Assembly (NCBI GenBank): GCA_951406725.2 | Contig: OX597819.1 | Location: 122,016,001-122,080,000 of the forward strand | DNA length: 64,000 nucleotides | Source of the DNA: Octopus vulgaris | Taxonomy: Eukaryota | Direction: 5' to 3' | In this document: positions 55,178-64,000 of the stretch, piece after piece | Numbering within the stretch: the stretch's first letter is position 1 | Layout of the letters: every line of letters starts with the position of its first letter | Made by a program: the position numbers and the translations under genes | The notes under the pieces: model-generated | Seen by the model: the letters and a program-made list of their open reading frames with translations, nothing else | What the model was told of the DNA's origin: nothing | Databases searched by the model: none

Positions 55178-55606
55178 CCGTTATTTGCATTCGATGAATA
55201 TTTGCTCTCATCTTGTTTGTTGTTAACACAACGTTTCGGCTGATATACCCTCCAGCCTTCTTCAGGTGTCTTGGGGAAATTTCGAACCTAGGTTCTCATT
55301 CCTAAGGTATTTTTCGATATTATTATTATTGTTCAGGTCATTGCTTGGCGGAATCTTGGGGTTAGTAGCCCGCACTCTTAACCTCTACGCCATATGCCCA
55401 TGGGCAATTATAGAGTGAATTTTAGGGCTTATAAATCTAATATTTTTCTATCCTTCCTTAATACCGGTTCCCATATGCCGCTCATAACTGCACTCGGTCT
55501 GCTTAGGAGGTTGTTGAGTTAACAACAAAGATGAGGACAAATATCCGTCGCATGTAAATAAGGTAAATAATGTAAATAATTCCTCATCTCTTAAACATAG
55601 AACTGT
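55178..55606 (-). mobile_element. Composite retroelement: tRNA-derived head, B-box and hammerhead ribozyme, with inverted terminal segment
   Basis: Minus-strand tggcgtagaggttaagagtgcgggctactaacccc head (about 55395-55355), ggttcgaaat box (about 55280-55289), hammerhead; 55181-55227 is inverted at 55518-55561; direct repeat attgaagttgt flanks the element. Confidence 0.7.
55226..55269 (-). ncRNA. Minimal type-I hammerhead ribozyme
   Basis: ACAC-CTGAAGA-A-GGCTG gagggtatat CAGCC-GAAA-CGT-T-GTGT: intact core, perfect stems I and II, palindromic ACGT stem III, GUU site. Confidence 0.78.
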
Positions 55607-56361
55607 ATTGAAGTTGTTTTAAACAAATACTCAAAAGTCATTCTGATGCATATATCTGGTTTTGAAAGTAAGGTCTTTTACATGTTCCTTCGACTCAAAT
55701 TATTAAAATGAGTCATGCACTGAGAAGGCCCAGAGTGTATGGAACCCATAATTCATATTGCTTACTTTGTCGAACAATTCAAAACCTTGTGTACGACCCT
55801 TCCAGGCGATTTGGCCGAGATATCTACTCGCAATAATTTTGTAATTAGAGACGTTATTTCAAAGTATGATAATTTCATTTGTTGTTTCTTTTGTTCTTTT
55901 TGTGGCGCTGAACGCTTATGACACTGATTATTATACGTCAACATCCAGAAGGCGGCTAACTGCCGAATCGTTAATATATCGAACAAAATACTTCGTGGCA
56001 TTTCGTTCGTTTTTACGTTCTGAGTTCAAATTCCGCCGAGGTCGACTTTGCTTTCCATCCTTTCGGGTCGATAAAATAAGTACCAATCAAGCACTAGAAT
56101 CGATGTAATCGACTTCTCTTCGCCTCTCAAAAGCTACTGGTCTTATACCAAAATTAGAAACCATTATACTTTAACATCTTGAAAATAGTGGGCTGGCAAA
56201 AACGTTAGCACGCCGGGGGAAAATTCCGCCGAATTGTCTTTACCTGTCATCCTTTTGGGGGGGTCGATAGAATAAGTACCAGTTGTGCACTGGGGGGTCG
56301 ATGTAACTGATTATTCTACTTCCCTAAAACTGCTCTTTGACCAAAATTTGAAAGAATAATT

Positions 56362-56791
56362 GGATCTTTTCGGTTTGAACGGCAGTTTTTTCTAGCGGTG
56401 TCATATGAAATTGCCACCCATAATTATGACCCTAGTATCGATCTATTGCATTTCAATCTGTTTTAGGGTTAGAGTTAGCGTTAGTTAGGGTTGGTGGGGG
56501 GAGAATATCTTTTTTTCTTCAGAAATGTAAATTAACCCAATCTGTTTCTTAAACGAGGGACATATTCATACGGCACAGAATGTTTTCACCTCAATAGACG
56601 TCATTGATTGATTGAAATTGCAGAAATTGAAGAAAAAAAAACAACAAATATCTTACAAACTATTGAATTTTCTCAATAAAGCCAAGAGAAAAAGATGTTT
56701 TATAAACACATTCTGCCAGTATACGAAGTTTAAAAGTGTTTAGTTACGCGGAAATTATTTTAAAAAACTCCCAGTCAAACCGAAAAGATCC
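56362..56791 (+). mobile_element. GGATC-TIR MITE, copy 2
   Basis: Perfect 8-bp TSD gaataatt. Confidence 0.92.
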
Positions 56792-57583
56792 GAATAATTT
56801 AGAATTCCGACAGGCAATTTTAAAAATTTAATTCTCAACAAAAAAAAAATCAAACTAATTTATCCAACGCAAAATAAATAATTAGAAAATATAAACGAAA
56901 TTATAGATTAAAATAAAATTTCAGAAAAATAAATTAATAATGAATATTTTTTGTTGTAGAAATGAAATGTTCAGAAGGTTCGTTACACATTTTCTTTTTA
57001 ATAAATTCGTCTAACTCAAAACTTGTTTAGCTGTGTACATCAAAACATTGAAAACCACTTACCTTAAAGAAAAGGATCCAGCTTAATTCGGCCAACGAGT
57101 TACTGAGTGAAAAAATATCTCCAGATTCAGTGATAAATCTTGTTTTGTCGGAGAAGTCAAAAAACGTGCTACCTGTTGTAGTTCACTGCTTACTTTAGTA
57201 TAACATTTGTTAATCTCATTATGAAAACAGTAGACTGGTTCATAACTTGTTTGTTCCAGTCAAAAGTATTTAAACTAGCCACCGTAATTAGTATAAAAGC
57301 AGTGTTACTATTAGCAGCGAACTACTCATTGATACATCATTCTTTCTTTAAATTCTAATTATTTTAATTATATATCACATTTTCCGGAATATGATATATA
57401 TCTAATATATTTTCTATATTACATTGTTTTTTGGTTTCTTTTTCAGTTTCTTCCGGTCACGTGGTAAGATTGATTCCTGAAATAGTTGCTAAGGTCACAA
57501 ATTGGAGAGCGGAGCAGTATAAGTCTTCATCTGCTACTGTAATTCCATTCACATTCGGGATAAATATATTTAAGGAAAATTTT

Positions 57584-57991
57584 GGATCTTTTCGGTTTGA
57601 CCGGCAGTTTTTTTTTAATAATTTCGACGTAACTAAACACTTTTAAACTTCGTATACTGGTAGAATGTGTTTATAAAACATTTTTTTCTCTTGGCTTTAT
57701 TGAGAAAATTCTATAGTTTGTAAGATATTTGCTGTTTTTTTCTTCAATTTCTGCGATTTCAACCAATCACTGACGTCTATTGAGGTGAAAACATTCTGTG
57801 CCGTATGAATATGTCCCTCGTTTAAGAAACAGACTGGGTTTATTTACATTTCTGAAGAAAAAAAAGATACCCCTCCCCTAATCCTAACTCTAACCTTAAA
57901 ATAGATTGAAATGCAATAGATCGATACTAGGGTCATAATTATGGGTGACAATTTCATATATAAAAAACTGCCGGTCAAACCGAAAAGATTC
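57584..57991 (-). mobile_element. GGATC-TIR MITE, copy 3 (inverted)
   Basis: 8-bp TSD aaaatttt. Confidence 0.9.
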
Positions 57992-58254
57992 AAAATTTTT
58001 CATTCCATTAAATAGATCCTAGTTCTTGACTGGAATATATATTTTTATCGATTCCAAAAGAATAAAAAGCAAAGCCGGACGCGGTGTGATTAGATCCCAG
58101 AATGTAAAAACTAAAAAAACAAAATCAACAATCGCTTTACTTACACCAGATTCAATGAGGTTTAAGTTTTCGTGTTCTACCATTTATATTTATTCTTTTA
58201 CTTGTTTTAGTCATTTGACTGCGGTCATGCTGGAGCACCGCCATTTATATATAC

Positions 58255-58314
<60 letters not shown>

Positions 58315-58398
58315 TCTGCAAAAAACATAAATCCAAAAGAAGAAACCCGCTCTAAGATATAGAGCAGTATATGCTAAAAATGGGGAAGGCCGGTTTAT

Positions 58399-58459
58399 GG
58401 GATTACCTTAGGTTTCCCGTCCATAAAGGGTTTAGCTTTATGGGGTATCGTCAGATCCC
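58399..58459 (-). ncRNA. Type-I hammerhead ribozyme in a Penelope-like fragment (about 58312-58580) inserted in (TA)n
   Basis: GGGAT-CTGACGA-ta-CCCCATAAAG ctaaacc CTTTATGGacGG-GAA-ACCTAAGGT-A-ATCCC: 5-bp stem I, long stem II, quasi-palindromic stem III, GUA site. Confidence 0.72.
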
Positions 58460-58576
58460 AAAACCCGTTGGCCCAAGACCTCTTTAAAATAGCTGACCAG
58501 TAGGCTCCGCTTATACATATTTATGGAAACCACAGATCTCACATAAATATGAAACGATTTGAACTCTGCTACTCCA

Positions 58577-58636
<60 letters not shown>

Positions 58637-58814
58637 GAAAAAGGGAGAGGAAGAGATACACATACATGCATGTGTGTATATCTATAGATGAAGAGAGAGG
58701 AGAGTCTCTTTAGATATTTGACACGTGGAGCTGATTCAAACTGTTAAATTATATATATATGTGTGTGTGTGTGTATGTATATGTATATTATATATATTTA
58801 TATATGTATGTATG

Positions 58815-58879
<65 letters not shown>

Positions 58880-58914
58880 GTACATATATATATTTATATA
58901 TGTATGTATGTATG

Positions 58915-58949
<35 letters not shown>

Positions 58950-59692
58950 TGAGAGAGAGAGAGAGAAAGAGACTGTAAAGAAGGCGTTTGTAAAAGTGAA
59001 TATTGGTTTACAAAGTTGTAAGCCAACCACTTTTCTAGGATGTCACGAAAATGGTGTGGAAATCAAGAAAAATAAAAAGTGAAACAACAGTTTGTCTGGT
59101 TCTTAATACTTATTTTTTCTTTGACTTCCTTTCTTCGTTTAATCATGATATATGAGGCCATACTGGATTACCTGTTTTGTTTTATTTTATTTATTTTGAA
59201 CCATTGTTGCAACTCTTGGACGTCTTCTGCCTTCTGTATTTCCCTTGAGTGTTGTAATTATAAAAGGTGCATCTTCGGACAGTCCTAACATCATATCTGT
59301 TCTTTTCTTTCCCTGATGAGAAGCTATTTCCCCCTCGCTCAACCATTCCCTAATTCTGAAGAAAGCGACACTGTGAGATATCTCCCCCGACAGTCATTTT
59401 CACGGCGCCACATAAAAGATACTGAATAAGAGAGAGAGGGAGAGGGCAGGGGGCGAATAGTCCATAGTAATCGACTCCTGTTCTATTTATTGACCCCCAG
59501 AAGGATAACTAATGAAGCTGGTCTCGGCAGGATTTGATCTCAGAACGCAGAAGGCCAAAACAAACACCACAGCATTTTCTAACCAAAGCGTCAACAACTG
59601 CATCAAATCTTCACCTCAAAGTTGAATGTTGGACAATAGAATGAAATATATTCCTAAATACTTCCACGAATGCATATACGCGTATATATGTG

Positions 59693-60131
59693 GGATCTTT
59701 TCGGTTTGAACGGCAGTTTTTTCTAGCGGTGTCATATGAAATTGTCACCCATAATTATGACCCTAGTATCGATCTATTGCATTTCAATCTGTTTTAGGGT
59801 TAGGGTTAGTTAGGGTTAGGGTTAGAGTTAGGGGTAGGTGGAAGGGTATCTTTTTTTCTTCACAAATGTAAATAAACCCAATCTGTTTCTTAAACGAGAG
59901 ACATATTCATACAGCACAGAATGTTTTTACCTCAATAGACGACATTGATTGGTTGAAATTGCAGAAATTGAAGAAAAAAAAACAACAAATATCTTACAAA
60001 CTATAGAATTTTCTCAATAAAGCCAAGAGAAAAAGATGTTTTATAAACACATTCTACCAGTATACGAAGTTTAACATTTTTTAGTTACCTAGAAATTATG
60101 TTATAAACTGCCGTTCAAACTGAAAAGATCC
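59693..60131 (+). mobile_element. GGATC-TIR MITE, copy 4
   Basis: Perfect 8-bp TSD tatatgtg; internal ttagggttagggttagttagggttagggttagagttaggg. Confidence 0.92.
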
Positions 60132-60626
60132 TATATGTGTGTATATACATAGCATGTACCAACTTGTATTACGGTTTAAGAATCCTCTAAAGTATCTAAT
60201 TAATCAGTGAACTATGTTCTGCCATATAATATTTCAATGTAAATATACAGCATACCTGCGAGGTTAAGACGCTTGCTTGCAAACACGTGGTACTGGGTTC
60301 AGATCCACTGCGTGACACCTTGGGCAAGTGACTTTTACAGTAGCCCTCCTGACCGACTAATTCACGGGCGTGAATTAGGGGAACGGAAACTGTGTGGAAG
60401 CTCACAAAGTATAAATATGAGAGCTATTAATAATTTCTTGTTTTGGAGATTCGGGTCCAAGTAGGTTTTTATAACACGTCTTGTGTCTCCAAGGCGTGGC
60501 TGTGTGGTAAGAAGCTTGCCCCTGATACAGCGTTTGTTAGTCGAATTATTGGTTTTGTAAGTAACACACGTGTTTTTTTTTGGGGGGGGGGGGGTCTTGG
60601 CGGTGCGACGTTTTCCCTCTTGTTTA

Positions 60627-61250
60627 ATGGCGGGGCGTCGGGCGAGAAGTTATGAAGTTTTGAATTCTTCTTCTTCTTCAGACCTTGTGTTGTCTGAGGA
60701 AGAGATGGTGGAGTGTTTGAAGAGGATTGACGAGGTGATGGAGATGAAGAATTATGCAGAGAAGATGAATGAAAAAAGCGAAAACGTGAGGCTGGAGGAT
60801 ATAAGCAAATTCAAGGAAATGATTAAACGGGAGGGGAACGAAGTGACGGTGTCTCCCCCTCTTCACCGAAGAAGTGTTAAAAGAAAGAGATAAGAAAACA
60901 ATAATTTACAGGACGTACTCGGTAGAAGCCAGGAAGATTGAAGTCATGACGACGGCTCAAGTGGAAAGAGCACTCAAACCAATCTGGCTAGAAATTTCCT
61001 ACCATGCCAGAGGAAGAAAATTTGGGAGAGTGGAGGTGCGGTTTCGGGAGGTAGCTACTACCAGACTGCACTCAGCAACACAATTGAGAACTGATGAAGT
61101 GGTTCTTCTACTTGTATACCTTGGGAGACGTGCTTCCAGGTTTAGGGTAAAAGACATACCCCCAGAGGTGGATGTAACCTAGCTGGTAGCTGCCATACTG
61201 CTAGGCATGGAGGAGAAGGTGATGGTCCTCCAGGCCATCAGAACACGTAA
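60627..61250 (+). pseudogene. Probable ORF1 (gag-like) 5' fragment of an L1/Tx1-like retrotransposon
   Basis: MAGRRARSYEVLNSSSSS...EEEMVECLKRIDE, then frameshifted LKERDKKTIIYRTYS...VEVRF...YLGRRASRFRVKDIPPEVDVT*; intronless, purine-rich, truncated. Confidence 0.5.
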
Positions 61251-61478
61251 AAATGTGTTACTGTCTGGGAGATCTTTATGGTAGCAGAAAAGGCATTTTA
61301 ACTCCTATTTCTAAATTCGGTGCATGGTGAAGCAAAAAGCTGACCCCTGATATTAATTATGTTTATAATTATAGAATATTTGTATAATTTTACCTAAAGA
61401 GGTTATTTTAACGTACCGAACTACTTGGTAAAATTATTAGTTATTACGTAATTGATTAATTAATTTTACCCTTTTATT

Positions 61479-61518
<40 letters not shown>

Positions 61519-61524
<6 letters not shown>

Positions 61525-61806
61525 ATCACGTGACTGACCAGGCTATCAGATGTTGCTACACATCGCTGGTCACAATGCGCTTCGCATTGTTTTAGCCTTC
61601 AGATGACGCCACCCCGCTGGCTAAGAGAGCAGGCCAACAGAAGAAAGAGTGAAAGTTGCGGCGAAAGAGTACAGCAGGGATCGCCACCAACCACTGCCGG
61701 AGCTTCGTGGAGCTTTATGTGTTTTCGCTCAATAAACACTCACAACGCCCGGTCTGGGAATCGAAACCGTGGGTCCGCTGACCTAAACACTGGGCCATTG
61801 CGCCTC

Positions 61807-61808
<2 letters not shown>
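61519..61808 (-). mobile_element. SINE family C head with a third distinct tail
   Basis: Family C head at 61690-61808; tail ending gtcacgtgatcacgtg is unrelated to the other tails. Confidence 0.75.
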
Positions 61809-61860
<52 letters not shown>

Positions 61861-61911
61861 GAGAGAGAGAGGGGGAGAGAGACAGACAGACAGACAGACT
61901 GACAGACTGAC

Positions 61912-61991
<80 letters not shown>

Positions 61992-62585
61992 GTACGGTGG
62001 GCTTATTGCAGCTTCCTGTCAATCAAATCTACTCACAAGGCTTTGGTCGTCCTGAAGCCATAGTAGAAGATACTTACCAAGGGCACACGCAGTAAGACTG
62101 AACTCAGGACCATGCGGTTAGGAAGCGAGCTTCTTACCGCACAGCAAAAGAAATGATTTGTCAGATTTCGTATGATTTGCATATAACTTTTGAGCAGATT
62201 GTGTGAAAAGTAGAAGCTGGATATTTTTATTAACACAATAGGTACGCAGTCCCAAAAAGGACACCTGTAGTCGAATTTTAAGCCTTAATCGCCAAAACTC
62301 GCATATTATAATCTAATACTGACCTTTCATATCAATAAAACGGAAAATGAAACAGCTGTCAGATATTTTCGGTTCATTTTGTTTTTTAGTAATTTAGGCG
62401 TTGGCTTGGCTGTGCGGTCGAGAAGTTCACTTCAAAGCCGCGTTGTTCGAGTTCTCTCTCACTGCGCGGCACTTTGGGTAAATGTTTGAATGTCTTCTAG
62501 CCTTCTCTACCTCTAACTCTAGCGCAATCAACACATATAAGTGAATACAATAGCTGAAAACTGAGCAGGAAATCCGTCGTTTAAG

Positions 62586-62638
<53 letters not shown>

Positions 62639-63466
62639 TCTTTTATTTGTTTCAGTCGTTTGACACGGCCATGCTGGAGCGAATCGACCCCAGGACATAT
62701 TCTTTGGAAGCCTAGTACTTATTCTATCGGTCTCTCTTGCCGAACCGCTAAGTGACGGGGACCTGAACACACCAGCACCGGTTGTCAAGCGATGTTGGGG
62801 GTAACAAACACAGACACACAAACATATACATACATTATTTATATATATGACGGGCTTCTTTCAGTTTCCCTCTACCAAATCCACTCACAAGGCTTTGGTC
62901 GGCCCAAGACTATAGTAGAAGACACTTGCTCAAGGTGCCACGCAGTGGGACTGAACTCGGGACCATGTAGTTGGTAAGCAAGCTACTTACCACACAGCCA
63001 CTCCTGCATATGCGTATTCTTTTACTGGTTTCAGTCATTTGAGGTGCATTCAAAAAGAATCCTATTTTATTCTTTTCTTGCCAAAACTAATGCCGCGTGG
63101 GCAAAATGCTTTGAGTGGGAGGTAACACCACCCTTCCTGCGCATGCATGAAAATTTTCGTGCGGTAGGTCGTGTTAGTTCCTGGTTGTTACACCTAGAGT
63201 ACAGACGTATATATAATTAAAGACAGATAATGATATATACCAATACATAGAGGTTATGAGAGGTAATGGTGTCAATAAACCCAAAGGTATCAGGTAATGC
63301 GGAGTAAGTGCTATGGACAGACAATAGTTAAGCTCCAGGTTCGTTGATTATGCGAATGAGGAGTCCATCCTAGGCCATATATCAGCATGTGTATATATAA
63401 AAAAATTTTCTGAATGAAATAAAAATCCAAGGCTCTGAAAGATTTCAGAACATTTATAAATAGAAA

Positions 63467-63514
63467 ATCTTACAGCTGTTTCCGGGATATTTTATATATC
63501 TCTTCATCGGAGAC
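63467..63514 (-). ncRNA. Minimal hammerhead ribozyme (U4C) in a Penelope-like 3' remnant (about 63210-63815)
   Basis: GTCT-CCGATGA-A-GAGATAT ataaa ATATCCC-G-GAA-ACAGCTGT-A-AGAT: palindromic stem III, GUA site, one stem II mismatch. Confidence 0.65.
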
Positions 63515-64000
63515 GGTGTGAGAAAATGATTAAGCAATAGTTATTCTAGATAAGATATGAAATAGAGAGTGAAGCGGAGGAATGTAAATAGACGTGAGAT
63601 ATGCAGGGATATTGTATATGTAGTTCTAATATTTAAGCAGAATGGTATACATATAAGATTCCAGTACCTTGTGAATAAGTTCCAATAGTATTTAAAACTG
63701 GTCATCCCAAGCATAGGGTTTGTACACGGTGTTAGTGAATCGAGGGCTTTATTTAAAGGGACTTAAAAGTTAGGAATATATTTGTATGGTCAAATCAAAA
63801 ACAGGAAGAGGGGAAAAATGAAAACAAAAAAGAAAGAAAAAAAGAAAAAAAGAAAAGCGGGGAGAAAGATAATAGAGTTCTGAGGTTGATTTGATCGACT
63901 GAAATTTTCAAGGTGATGCCCCAGCATGACCGCAGCCCAATGACTGAAACAGCTAAAATAGTTTAAAGGGTAAAAAATTAACAGGCAGAAAAGATAAACG

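Noticed and set aside
55866-56108. Plus-strand ORF with signal-peptide-like start
   Set aside because: Runs straight into a SINE A copy; the hydrophobicity reflects T-rich sequence
59310-59350. CTGATGA followed by a partial gagc/gctc-like stem; similar partial motifs at 24735-24750, 6870-6945 and 43140-43210
   Set aside because: GAAA, stem III or the core is missing, so a hammerhead cannot be supported
59794-59835. (TTAGGG)n as a chromosome end or fusion scar
   Set aside because: Short, degenerate and internal to a MITE present in four copies

Overview
AT-rich, repeat-dense eukaryotic DNA with spliceosomal introns. It is most likely a coleoid cephalopod (Octopus-like), inferred from the SINE families, microsatellite load and gene content. 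One 100-N gap lies at 33672-33771. Host genes: three intact minus-strand, phase-1-bounded exons each encode one chitin-binding type-2 (CBM14/peritrophin-A) domain. 27544-27338 splices in frame to the terminal exon 23379-23171, and 4172-3893 is a signal-peptide plus CBM14 first coding exon of a downstream tandem paralogue. A possible decayed CBM14 exon sits at about 12.5 kb. The rest is transposon-derived: several tRNA-derived SINE families (one forming 184-bp tandem arrays), a full-length decayed mariner, maT, piggyBac, R4/Dong, Jockey-like, CR1-like and Tx1-like relics, MITEs with GG...CC ends and 8-bp TSDs, Helitron/Helentron-like elements and a bipartite RTE-derived element. The most striking hidden signal is a set of at least seven mutually unrelated minimal type-I hammerhead ribozyme loci, read by eye. 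Most lie in Penelope-like fragments beside or within (TA)n tracts, two are mirror-image pairs inside palindromes, and one sits behind a tRNA-derived Pol III head. Most ORFs in the supplied track are microsatellite or SINE artefacts. Repeat coordinates are approximate unless a TSD or TIR is quoted.
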